From Gemmatimonadota bacterium (GTDB lineage Bacteria > Gemmatimonadota > Gemmatimonadetes > Palauibacterales > Palauibacteraceae), in the NCBI GenBank assembly GCA_039584815.1, contig JBDGXC010000002.1, forward strand, positions 89,508 through 153,507: 64,000 nucleotides of DNA, in the 5' to 3' direction. Both the position numbers and the translations under genes were made by a program. Under the pieces are notes generated by a model, which saw only the letters and a list, made by a program, of their open reading frames with translations, was not told the DNA's origin and did not search any database. Position 1 is the stretch's first letter. Each line of letters opens with the position of its first letter. Positions 39,507 to 48,905 of this stretch are shown one piece after another.

Positions 39507-40904
39507 GTGGACGCGGACGGAGCGGCGGAGACGACATTCGGCGTGAGCGATCTGGAGAGGACTCTCGATCGGCCCCGCGCGGAGTGGACCGGCGAGCACA
39601 TCACGAGCCTGTTTCGGCTGGGCGTAGCCCGGGCTCTCAGCCTGATGCACGTCGGTGGAGACGGGTGGCTGAAGCGGCTGGATTTCGTCCCGCACGACGA
39701 GAGCCATCTACTGGCGGTCTGCGAAGGGGGCGAGCGGGCCGACGGGTCGAGTCTCTTTCCGGGTGCCGGAATCGCGACCGGATCGTCGGACATCGTTCTC
39801 CGGCCTCGTCTCGATACGACGTTCGTGGATCCGTTCGCCCGATTGCCCACCCTTGTCGTGCTGTGTGGCCACAGCGCTCCCGATGGCGAGCCGCTCCCGC
39901 AGTCGCCGGATACGATCCTGCGGCGGGCCATGGATCGCCTGCGTTCGGAGACCGGTATCGAACTCATGGCCCTCGGAGAAGTGGAGTACTTCCTCGGAAA
40001 GCGGCGGGACGAGACGGACATATACGGCGCGGACGACCGTGGCTACCACGCGGTGTCTCCCTTCGTGTTCGGAGAGCCCCTGCGGCGCGAGGCGCTCGCC
40101 CTGCTCTGCGAGATGGGAGTGCGGGTCAAGTACGGACACAGCGAGGTCGGCTACATCGAGCCGCGGGAGCCGGACGGAGTCATCTGGGAGCAGCACGAGA
40201 TCGAGCTCGCTCTCGACACGTTGCCTCGAGCTGCCGACGGGATCCTGCTCGCGCAGTGGGTACTCCGTAACCTGTCGCACCGCACCGGCATGCGGTGCAG
40301 TACGGATCCTATCATGGTCGAGGGGCATGCCGGCAACGGACTGCACTTCCACCTTGCACCGGTGCGCGATGGCGACCTCGTTCCGGTGCGGGAGGCCAGT
40401 GATCGGCTCTCCGACCCTGCCCGCTGGCTCATCGGCGGCCTGGCGGAGATCGGGGCGGCTCTCATGGCATTCGGCAATCGGGCCCCGGGATCGCTCGCCC
40501 GGCTCACCCAGGCGAAGCAGGCGCCGAACCGGATCACGTGGGGGTTTCACGATCGTTCAGCCCTGATACGACTCCCGGCGCGGGCCCGGGATGCCGCCGG
40601 ACGAGCGGTCAGCCCGGCCACCGTAGAGTTCCGCCTTCCCGATGGCTCGGCCTTTCCGCACCTGCTCCTCGCGGGAGCGGCGCTGGCGGCGATCCGCGGC
40701 GCAGCGACGGCGGACCTGGACACGCTGCTCGAGGCGACCGCGGCCTCGAGCGCGAGCGGAGTCGGGGGGCGCACGCGTCCAGTGCCCCGGAATTTCGCCG
40801 AAGTCGCCGCCGCCGTAGCGGAGCACAGATCCCTGTTCGAGGCCGGAGACGTGTTCCCGGCTCCGCTTCTGAATCGCCTGGTGTCGGATCTCGAGCACAT
40901 CTGA
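39507..40904 (+). CDS. glutamine synthetase family protein (divergent GS-like ligase)
   Basis: GS catalytic-domain motifs: ALGEVEYFL, KYGHSEVG, GNGLHFHL, NRSALIRLP. Confidence 0.75.
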   Translation: MDADGAAETTFGVSDLERTLDRPRAEWTGEHITSLFRLGVARALSLMHVGGDGWLKRLDFVPHDESHLLAVCEGGERADGSSLFPGAGIATGSSDIVLRPRLDTTFVDPFARLPTLVVLCGHSAPDGEPLPQSPDTILRRAMDRLRSETGIELMALGEVEYFLGKRRDETDIYGADDRGYHAVSPFVFGEPLRREALALLCEMGVRVKYGHSEVGYIEPREPDGVIWEQHEIELALDTLPRAADGILLAQWVLRNLSHRTGMRCSTDPIMVEGHAGNGLHFHLAPVRDGDLVPVREASDRLSDPARWLIGGLAEIGAALMAFGNRAPGSLARLTQAKQAPNRITWGFHDRSALIRLPARARDAAGRAVSPATVEFRLPDGSAFPHLLLAGAALAAIRGAATADLDTLLEATAASSASGVGGRTRPVPRNFAEVAAAVAEHRSLFEAGDVFPAPLLNRLVSDLEHI

Positions 40905-40921
40905 GGTAGGCTACGCCCCAC

Positions 40922-41266
40922 ATGAAGGTGTTCGCGCCCGTCATGATCGGCCTGAGTTTTCTCCTCCTGGCAGCCCACTTCAGCCGGGCCGGGATGGAGA
41001 CGCTGGTATGGGCCAGTCTGGGGATGCCCTTCCTTCTGGCGGTCCGGCGGCCATGGTCCGGGTGGGTGCTTCGCGTGGCGCTCGCCCTCGGAGGAATCGA
41101 ATGGCTGCGGACGCTGTGGCGACTGGTGGCGGAGCGACGCGTGGCGGGCGAGCCGTGGGGTCGGCTCGCCTCGATTCTAGCGGCGGTGGCCCTCGTGACC
41201 TTCGTCGCGGCGTGGCTCGCCGGCCGCCACGGCCCTCGTCAGGTCGCGCCGGTAAAGCGGTCCTAG
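40922..41266 (+). CDS. small membrane protein (hypothetical)
   Basis: 114 aa with three or four hydrophobic helices. No RBS. Weak call. Confidence 0.3.
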   Translation: MKVFAPVMIGLSFLLLAAHFSRAGMETLVWASLGMPFLLAVRRPWSGWVLRVALALGGIEWLRTLWRLVAERRVAGEPWGRLASILAAVALVTFVAAWLAGRHGPRQVAPVKRS

Positions 41267-44079
41267 ATCGCCTCGATCAGACGAGCCATCCCACCCTCGA
41301 CGTCCCACCCCAGATGGGCATGTATCACCTTACGTCCGCCGTGCCGAAGGGTCTGGACGTCTCCGAGCGCCTGGGCACGCTGGAGTGTGCCCAGGCTGAC
41401 GTCCGACTCGGGGACATCGAGATCTTCCACCGGATCCGCCGTCAGAACGAAGTACAGTCCGTCCGCGCGTCCGCCCTTGTGCAGCTGCCCGGTCGAGTGG
41501 AGGTAGCGGGGTCCGTACCCGAACGTGGTGACCCGGCCGGTTCGCGCCTCCAGCCTCGCGCGCAGGCGCACGATCGCGTCGTCGCGTTCCGGTGTCGCGC
41601 CGAAGAAGCCGAGCACGGCCACGTACCCGATCTGCTCTCCGGACTCGAGCTGCTCCGACAGCGCCTCGGCCAGCGTCGTCTCACCCTGGTGCTCGGCGTC
41701 GCCATTCGTGAACAGGTAGAGGGGGCCAGTGCTTGCGCGGGCCTTACCGGTCGGGAAGCCTCCGGCCGTCGCACGCCGATCCAGGAGGTCAGCGGTCGCC
41801 CGCTTTGCGGCTGACACGTCCGGCTCGTCGAACGGGTTTACGCCGAGTATCGTCCCGGCGGTTGCCGTCGCGATCTCCCAGCGCAGGAACTCGCCGCCCA
41901 GGGCTTCGGGCTCCGGCAGGGCAAACCGAACGACGGGATGCCCGGCCTGTTCGAGTGCGTCCAGCGTCCCTTCGGTCGCGGCCACTTCTTCGCCGGCCAG
42001 GGAAATGCCCAGGAACACGCGATCCGGCTCGCACGCGGCGGGCGTTGGGAGCGCCGCGTGCGTGACGGGGAGAATCCCCACGCCATTCTTGCCGGTGCTC
42101 TCAGCCACCAGCTGCTCGATCCACAACGGAAACGTCGCCAGGGACGGAGAGGCCGCGATGGTGAGCATGTTTCGTCCCGCCCGGGCGAGCAGGGCGAGTC
42201 GTGCGCCCAGCCGAACGGCCGGATTCGCGGACTCGGGCAGGGCGGGCGAGCACTCGAGACTCATCTCGCGGGCCCAGCTGACGACCTTCCCGACGTCCGC
42301 TCCCATCAGGGCCATCGGAAGAAGCCCGAACGTTGTCAGAGCGGAATAGCGACCGCCCACGTCGGAAGGAGCTTGGAACACTCTACGGAAACCGGCTTCC
42401 TCCGCTTCCTGGAGGAGCGGCGATCCGCGATCCGTGATGGCCACGAAATGTCTCCCCGGAGCCGGAATTCGCTCGCTCGCCAGGCGCGCCGCGAAATACC
42501 GGTACAGGGTCATCGTCTCGATCGTGCTGCCGGACTTGCTCGCCACTACGAAAAGCGTGCGGAAGAAATCGATGTCCGCGTCCAGCCGGGCGACTGTGCC
42601 CGGATCCACGTCGTCGAGCACCCGCAGCTCAGGATAGCCGTTCGCCGCGGGAAGCGCGTCGCGCGCTACGAGCGGACACAGGCTACTGCCCCCCATCCCT
42701 ATCAGCACCACGTGCCGGACGCCTTCGGCGCGGACCTCGTCGGCCAGCGTGGCGAGCTCCGGAGCGAGACGCGACGCTTCTTCCGGACAACGGATCCATC
42801 CGAGGCGCTCCGCGATGGCTTCGCGCGTCGCCGCGTCTCCGTCCCACAGTGTCGGGTCACGACGGTGCAGGCGCTGCGCGAAGCGCTGCTCACGCAGCGC
42901 CACGAGTGCTCCGGGCAGTTCCGGCGGCTCGTAGATCGGTCCGCGTGATTCGACACCTGAAGCCTCGCGCATCGCGGCTCGACGCCCGGCGAGTCCATTC
43001 AACAGGGCGTCGAACGGATCGATGAACTTCTGCGCTCCTTCGGCGAGCAGCTGCGCGTGCACCGCTGCCATGTCGATGCCGACGGCCGCCAGACCGGCGA
43101 ACACCTGCTCCGCGTCATCGATATCGCGCTCCACCGCATCGGGCGCGATTCGGCCACTGGACGCGAACGCTTCGATCGTCACCTCGGGCATCGTGTTCAC
43201 GGTGTCACGGCCGACCAGGGGCTCGACATAGCGAACCGGGTCGTACAGCGGATTCTTCGTGCTCGTGCTGGCCCACAACAGTCGCTGCGGACGCGCCCCC
43301 GCCGCCGCAAGCGACTGCCATTCGGAGCTCGCGGACAGTGTGCGGAAGGCACGATACGCGAGCCGCGCGCTGGCCACGGCCGCCCGTCCGATCAGGTCCT
43401 GCGGAGCCGGCGTCGCAGGGGCGCCGATCCTGTGCGACAGGAGCCGGTCCACCATGACGTCGATGCGACTGAGGAAGAAGCTCGCGACCGAAGCCACAGC
43501 ATCGAGGCTCCGTCCGTCGGCCAGCCTTCGCTGAAGAGCGCGAACGTAGGCCCGGGCCACCGTCTCGTACGCCTCGACGGAGAACAGAAGCGTCACGTTC
43601 ACGTTGATGCCGTCGTACAGAAGTTCCTCGATGGCCGGTGCTCCGGCGGCAGTGCCCGGGATCTTGATCATGAGATTGGGCCGATCCACCGCGGCCCACA
43701 GGCGCCGTGCCTCCTCGACGGACCCGGACGTGTCGTGGATCAGGTGGGGCGACACCTCGAGGCTTACGTAGCCGTCGGCCCCTGCGGATGCTTCGTACAC
43801 GGAGTGCAACGCCTCGCACGCCTCGCGGATGTCGGTCACGACCAGAGTCTCGTACATCTCGCCGACCGCGGTCCCGACGCCAGCGAGCTCACGGATTTGC
43901 TCGTCGTAGTCCGAACCGGTCGAAATCGCCTTGTGGAAGATCGCCGGATTTGAGGTCACGCCCCTCAGGCCCTGCTCTCTCACCCGTCGCTCGAGGTCTC
44001 CCCCGCGGATCATGCCGCGAGTGAGATTGTCGAGCCAATAGCTCTGGCCGTGCTGGATCAGTTCCAGGAGGTTGTGCAT
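41263..44079 (-). CDS. bifunctional transaldolase / glucose-6-phosphate isomerase fusion
   Basis: N-terminal transaldolase (SYWLDNLTRG..TSNPAIF). C-terminal PGI (VVLIGMGGSSLCP, SKSGSTIET). 938 aa. Confidence 0.9.
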   Translation of the reverse strand: MHNLLELIQHGQSYWLDNLTRGMIRGGDLERRVREQGLRGVTSNPAIFHKAISTGSDYDEQIRELAGVGTAVGEMYETLVVTDIREACEALHSVYEASAGADGYVSLEVSPHLIHDTSGSVEEARRLWAAVDRPNLMIKIPGTAAGAPAIEELLYDGINVNVTLLFSVEAYETVARAYVRALQRRLADGRSLDAVASVASFFLSRIDVMVDRLLSHRIGAPATPAPQDLIGRAAVASARLAYRAFRTLSASSEWQSLAAAGARPQRLLWASTSTKNPLYDPVRYVEPLVGRDTVNTMPEVTIEAFASSGRIAPDAVERDIDDAEQVFAGLAAVGIDMAAVHAQLLAEGAQKFIDPFDALLNGLAGRRAAMREASGVESRGPIYEPPELPGALVALREQRFAQRLHRRDPTLWDGDAATREAIAERLGWIRCPEEASRLAPELATLADEVRAEGVRHVVLIGMGGSSLCPLVARDALPAANGYPELRVLDDVDPGTVARLDADIDFFRTLFVVASKSGSTIETMTLYRYFAARLASERIPAPGRHFVAITDRGSPLLQEAEEAGFRRVFQAPSDVGGRYSALTTFGLLPMALMGADVGKVVSWAREMSLECSPALPESANPAVRLGARLALLARAGRNMLTIAASPSLATFPLWIEQLVAESTGKNGVGILPVTHAALPTPAACEPDRVFLGISLAGEEVAATEGTLDALEQAGHPVVRFALPEPEALGGEFLRWEIATATAGTILGVNPFDEPDVSAAKRATADLLDRRATAGGFPTGKARASTGPLYLFTNGDAEHQGETTLAEALSEQLESGEQIGYVAVLGFFGATPERDDAIVRLRARLEARTGRVTTFGYGPRYLHSTGQLHKGGRADGLYFVLTADPVEDLDVPESDVSLGTLQRAQALGDVQTLRHGGRKVIHAHLGWDVEGGMARLIEAI

Positions 44080-44122
44080 CGGATCGATTCGCTCCGGATT
44101 GGCTGCCCGCGGAGCAGCCTGT

Positions 44123-44593
44123 TCAGTCGGAATTGCGCTGGGGTAGCATGTACTCTCGTTCGACGTCCAGCAGCTTGTTCAGGCGGCGTCGGTGGCGATC
44201 TTCATCGCTGAATCGAGCCCGCATGAACACGTCCGTGACCTGCAGCGCCACTTCGATTCCGATCACGCGCTCGCCGAGACACAGGACGTTGATGTCGTCG
44301 TGCTCCACCGCCTGACCCGAAGAGTATGTGTCGTGGCATACTCCGGCCCGCACACCGGGAATCTTGTTGGCCACCACGCTCACGCCCACGGCGCTGCCGC
44401 ACACGAGGACACCCCGCTCGACCTCGCCTTGCGCCACGGCTTCGGCGACCACCCGAGCGTAGTCTGGGTAGTCCACCGACTGTGGACCGTCGGTGCCGAG
44501 ATCCAGCACTTCGTGACCGGCGTCGCGCAGGGCGTCCGCCAGAATCCGCTTGTACCTGTACCCCGCGTGATCCGACCCGATCGCCACGCGCAT
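44123..44593 (-). CDS. rpiB: ribose-5-phosphate isomerase B
   Basis: [40 protein letters not shown]. The start overlaps the tkt stop (TGATG). Confidence 0.85.
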   Translation of the reverse strand: MRVAIGSDHAGYRYKRILADALRDAGHEVLDLGTDGPQSVDYPDYARVVAEAVAQGEVERGVLVCGSAVGVSVVANKIPGVRAGVCHDTYSSGQAVEHDDINVLCLGERVIGIEVALQVTDVFMRARFSDEDRHRRRLNKLLDVEREYMLPQRNSD

Positions 44594-46659
44594 CAGTTTT
44601 CCTCCAGAAGTCGTCGGGCGAGCGAGATCACGTTGTCGGCAGTGAAACCGTACCGTCGCCACAATTCCGCGGCCGGCGCGCTCGCACCGAACGTGGTCAC
44701 TCCCAGCACGTCGCCTCCGTCGCCTACCCATTCCCTCCATCCGAACGGGGCTCCAGCCTCGATGGCCAGCCGGCGCCGGATCGTCGGGGGCAGTACGTGG
44801 TCGCGGTAGGCTCGATCCTGCTCGCGGAACATCTCCCAGCTCGGCATGCTGACCACTCGCGTTCCGATCCCGAGAGCCTCCAGCGCCCCTCGCGCCTCGA
44901 GCGCGAGCGCGACCTCCGAGCCGGACGCGATGAGTATCAGATCGAGTTCCTCGCTCCCCGACTCCGCCAGGATGTACGCCCCCCTGTGAAGCCCGACGGC
45001 GGCCCCCGGTCCGCCGACCGCCAGAACGGGCACCTTCTGGCGGGTCAGCACGAGAATGGTCGGACCGGAGACACGGGAGATCGCCGCCTTCCAGGCCTCG
45101 ACCGTCTCGGCGGCGTCGGCTGGCCGGATGATGCACAGTCCGGGCACGGCTCGCAGGGCTGCCAGGTGCTCTATCGGCTGGTGGGTGGGGCCGTCCTCTC
45201 CCAGTCCGATGGAGTCGTGGGTCATCACGTAGATGACGGGCTGTCCCATCAGGGCGGCGAGGCGGATCGCGGGCCGCGCGTAGTCCGTGAAGACGAAGAA
45301 GGTCGCAGCGTACGGTCGAAGCCCCCCGTGCAGGGTCATGCCCGTGGTCGCCGCGCACATCGCGTGCTCCCGGATGCCCCAGCGCAGGTTCCGGCCCTCG
45401 TAGGACTCGCGCCCGAAGCTCGGGGATCCCTCGATCAGCGTGTTGTTCGAGGGAGACAGGTCGGCGCTCCCCCCGATGAGCCAGGGGATGCGATCCGCGA
45501 GCACGTTCAGGACGATCCCGGACGCCTGGCGCGTCGCCATCCCCCCGTTTGCCGGGTCGAAGGACGGAAGCCCGGCCTGCCAGTCCGCGGGTAGACGCCC
45601 CTCGATGGCCGCGTCCAGCTGCTCGGCCAGAACGGGCTGGTCCCGCCGGTAGCGCTCCATGTCCTCGCGCCAGGCCGCCTCGAGCTTCTCCCCTCGCTCG
45701 ACGGCCTCGCCCATGTGAGTCCGGGCGCGGTCCGGCACGAGAAACTGCGCGTCCTCGGGCCATCCGTAGACGCCCTTAGTCCGCCGGACTTCCTCCTCTC
45801 CGAGGGGCGAGCCGTGTGCCGCCGCGGTGTCTTGCTTGGCGGGGGAACCGAACCCGATGTGAGATCGGATGATGATGATGGAGGGTCTGGCCGCGTCCGA
45901 CCGGGCGGCTGACAGGGCCGATTCGATGGCGGCGACGTCGTTGGCCGCATCTCCGAGGCTCTGTACGTGCCACCCGTAGGCCGCGAAGCGCTGCTCGGGG
46001 TCGTCCGAGCACGTCAGCTCCGTCGAGCCGTCGATCGTGATCCGGTTGTCGTCAAATATCACGATGAGCTTGCCGAGGCCGAGGTGTCCCGCCACGGATG
46101 CAGCTTCGTGCGAGGCACCCTCCATCAAGTCGCCGTCGCTGCACAGCGCGTAGGTCCGGTGATCGATGATCGAGTGGCCGGGACGATTATAGACGGCGCT
46201 CAGGTGCGCTTCGGCGATGGCCATGCCGACCGCGTTCATGAGGCCCTGACCGAGCGGGCCGGTCGTCGTCTCGACCCCTGGCGTCAGGCCGTGCTCGGGG
46301 TGACCCGGTGTCCGGCTGTCCCACTGGCGGAAGGCGCGGATCTCGTCGAGGCTCAGATCGTATCCGCTGAGATGAAGCATGCCGTACAGCAGCATCGACG
46401 CGTGTCCCGCCGACAGCACGAACCGATCCCTGTCGAACCAGTCCGGGTTCTGCGGATTGTAGCGCATGTGGCGGCTCAGCACGTACGCTACCGGGGCCAG
46501 AGCCATCGGTGCCCCCGGATGGCCTGAATTCGCCCTCTGGATGGCGTCGATGGCCAACGTTCGGATGGTGTGGATGGACAGCTCTTCGAGCGACATGTCG
46601 CTCAGGGAGGCTTGGCTCCCGGCCTCCTCCATCCGGACGTCGGATGCGGGGGTCTCCAT
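44593..46659 (-). CDS. tkt: transketolase
   Basis: TPP motifs ([32 protein letters not shown]). Full-length pyrimidine and C-terminal domains. Alternative starts at 46596 and 46632; the listed ORF start at 46869 adds a low-complexity leader. Confidence 0.93.
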   Translation of the reverse strand: METPASDVRMEEAGSQASLSDMSLEELSIHTIRTLAIDAIQRANSGHPGAPMALAPVAYVLSRHMRYNPQNPDWFDRDRFVLSAGHASMLLYGMLHLSGYDLSLDEIRAFRQWDSRTPGHPEHGLTPGVETTTGPLGQGLMNAVGMAIAEAHLSAVYNRPGHSIIDHRTYALCSDGDLMEGASHEAASVAGHLGLGKLIVIFDDNRITIDGSTELTCSDDPEQRFAAYGWHVQSLGDAANDVAAIESALSAARSDAARPSIIIIRSHIGFGSPAKQDTAAAHGSPLGEEEVRRTKGVYGWPEDAQFLVPDRARTHMGEAVERGEKLEAAWREDMERYRRDQPVLAEQLDAAIEGRLPADWQAGLPSFDPANGGMATRQASGIVLNVLADRIPWLIGGSADLSPSNNTLIEGSPSFGRESYEGRNLRWGIREHAMCAATTGMTLHGGLRPYAATFFVFTDYARPAIRLAALMGQPVIYVMTHDSIGLGEDGPTHQPIEHLAALRAVPGLCIIRPADAAETVEAWKAAISRVSGPTILVLTRQKVPVLAVGGPGAAVGLHRGAYILAESGSEELDLILIASGSEVALALEARGALEALGIGTRVVSMPSWEMFREQDRAYRDHVLPPTIRRRLAIEAGAPFGWREWVGDGGDVLGVTTFGASAPAAELWRRYGFTADNVISLARRLLEEN

Positions 46660-46988
46660 GCCTCTCGTCTTTCCTCTTTCGCGGGGGCTCGAAACGGTTT
46701 GCGCCGGTCTCGGGTCGCTCGACGCCCCCACATTATCACGGGGAAGAAGTGTGCGCACCTTCGCCCGCTCGGCCGGGCCTCCCGGCCCCGGCTTCGGTCC
46801 GGTAAGTTCCGGTACCCGCGTGGAACCACCCACACGGAGACATGAAGAGCGGAGGGGAGCACGCGGCATCCCTCAGCCCCGCGACATGACCCCGTTTGCG
46901 ACCCACGAGCGGTATCTCGACATTGACTTCAGGCGAAGCCGCGGACGACTTCTCGAGTCGTGCCGCCCGACCGGACATCGAACACGTG

Positions 46989-48905
46989 ATGGGAACGGAC
47001 GTGCGATACGACATCAGCATGCTGTCGGAGGATGACCTTCACTGGTTCAAAGAGGGTCGCCACTTCCGGATGTGGGAGCACTTCGGGAGCCACGTGGTGG
47101 AGACGGGGGACGGTTCGGGGACCGTGTTCGGCGTGTGGGCGCCGGACGCGGTCGACGTCCACGTCATCGGCGACTTCAACGACTGGAACGGAGAGAGCCA
47201 TCCCCTGCGTCCCCGTGGATCATCCGGGCTCTGGGAAGGTCTGGTTCCGGGTATCGGAACGGGAATGAAGTACAAGTACCTGATCCGGGGACGTGACGGA
47301 CACGCGGTCGCGAAGGCGGATCCGCTGGGCCGGGCCTGCGAGGAACCTCCCGCCACCTCGTCCGTGATCTGGGAAGATGCGTATGCATGGGGTGACGGAA
47401 ACTGGATGCTGTCGCGCGCGGAGAAGAACCGGCTGGACTCCCCGATCTCGATCTACGAGTTGCACCTGGGTTCGTGGATGCGCCCGCCGCACGGCGGTTT
47501 CCACTCGTACCGGGAGATCGCACCGCTCCTCGCGGATCACGTCGAGCGAACCGGATTCACGCACGTGGAGCTCCTGCCGGTCATGGAGCACCCGTTCTAC
47601 GGGTCTTGGGGTTATCAGGTCACCGGTTACTTCGCGCCCACGGCCCGCTACGGCTCGCCGGCGGACCTGAAATACCTCGTGGATCAACTTCACCAGCGCG
47701 GCATCGGCGTGCTGTTCGACTGGGTGCCCAGCCATTTCCCCGGCGATGCGCACGGATTGGCTCTATTCGATGGTACACACCTGTACGAGCACGCCGACGC
47801 GAGACTCGGATTTCATCCGGACTGGCACAGCTGGATCTTCAACTACGGACGGCACGAAGTCCGGAGTTTTCTGGTCAGCAGCGCCCTGTACTGGCTGGAG
47901 GAATATCACGCCGATGGGCTGCGGGTGGACGCCGTCGCATCGATGCTGTACCGCGACTACTCGCGGGAGGAGGGGGAGTGGCTCCCCAACGTCCATGGCG
48001 GGAGGGAGAACCTGGAGGCCATGGACATGCTGCGTGCCCTCAATCGGGAGGTCTACGTGCGACAACCCGACGTGCAGACCGTAGCAGAGGAATCCACGGC
48101 GTGGCCGATGGTGTCGCGTCCCGTCGAGACCGGAGGTCTGGGCTTCGGACTGAAGTGGGACATGGGCTGGATGCACGACATCCTGCGCTACATGGGGAAG
48201 GACCCCGTGCAGCGCAGCTGGCACCACAGCGATCTGACGTTTCGCCATCTGTACGCGTTCAACGAGAACTTCGTCCTCCCGTTCTCGCACGACGAAGTGG
48301 TGCACGGCAAGGGCTCCTTGTGGTCCAAGATGGCGGGTGACGAGTGGCGCAAGTTCGCCAACCTGCGGCTTCTGTACGGATGCATGTTCGCTCAGCCGGG
48401 CAAGAAGCTCCTGTTCATGGGGGCCGAGCTCGCCCAGCGGAGCGAATGGGATCACGAGGGGGAGCTCGAATGGGACCGAATCACTGACGCACGCGGCCAG
48501 GGAGTGCTGCGCTGGGTGTCGGACCTCAACCGACTGTATCGCGAGGAACCCGCGCTGCACGAGCTCGATTGTGAGAGCGCCGGCTTCGAGTGGATCGCAC
48601 CCGACGACCACGTCCAGAACGTGATCAGCTTTCTCCGTCGACCACGTGACGGGCGCCGCCCGATCCTCATCATCTGCAACTTCTCGGCGGTACCCCATGA
48701 GGAGTATCGGGTCGGCGTCCCGTACGGAGGGTCGTGGATCGAGCGACTGAACAGCGATGCTCGCATCTACGGCGGATCGGGACGGGGCAACCCGGGATCC
48801 GTGACGGCCGAACGGCAACGGTTCCACGGCCGCGAATGGTCGGTGGGCCTGACCCTGCCGTCCCTCGCGTCCGTGTTCCTGCAAGCGGCGGAATCCGGTG
48901 GCTGA
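46989..48905 (+). CDS. glgB: 1,4-alpha-glucan branching enzyme GlgB (GH13)
   Basis: CBM48 and GH13 catalytic regions (GVLFDWVPSHFP, GLRVDAVASMLY, EESTAWP, FSHDEVVHGK). Confidence 0.9.
   Translation: MGTDVRYDISMLSEDDLHWFKEGRHFRMWEHFGSHVVETGDGSGTVFGVWAPDAVDVHVIGDFNDWNGESHPLRPRGSSGLWEGLVPGIGTGMKYKYLIRGRDGHAVAKADPLGRACEEPPATSSVIWEDAYAWGDGNWMLSRAEKNRLDSPISIYELHLGSWMRPPHGGFHSYREIAPLLADHVERTGFTHVELLPVMEHPFYGSWGYQVTGYFAPTARYGSPADLKYLVDQLHQRGIGVLFDWVPSHFPGDAHGLALFDGTHLYEHADARLGFHPDWHSWIFNYGRHEVRSFLVSSALYWLEEYHADGLRVDAVASMLYRDYSREEGEWLPNVHGGRENLEAMDMLRALNREVYVRQPDVQTVAEESTAWPMVSRPVETGGLGFGLKWDMGWMHDILRYMGKDPVQRSWHHSDLTFRHLYAFNENFVLPFSHDEVVHGKGSLWSKMAGDEWRKFANLRLLYGCMFAQPGKKLLFMGAELAQRSEWDHEGELEWDRITDARGQGVLRWVSDLNRLYREEPALHELDCESAGFEWIAPDDHVQNVISFLRRPRDGRRPILIICNFSAVPHEEYRVGVPYGGSWIERLNSDARIYGGSGRGNPGSVTAERQRFHGREWSVGLTLPSLASVFLQAAESGG

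Noticed and set aside
44123-45763. 546-aa - strand ORF overlapping tkt in another frame
   Set aside because: Only the 3' 156 codons (rpiB) are real. The rest is an artefact overlapping the well-supported transketolase.
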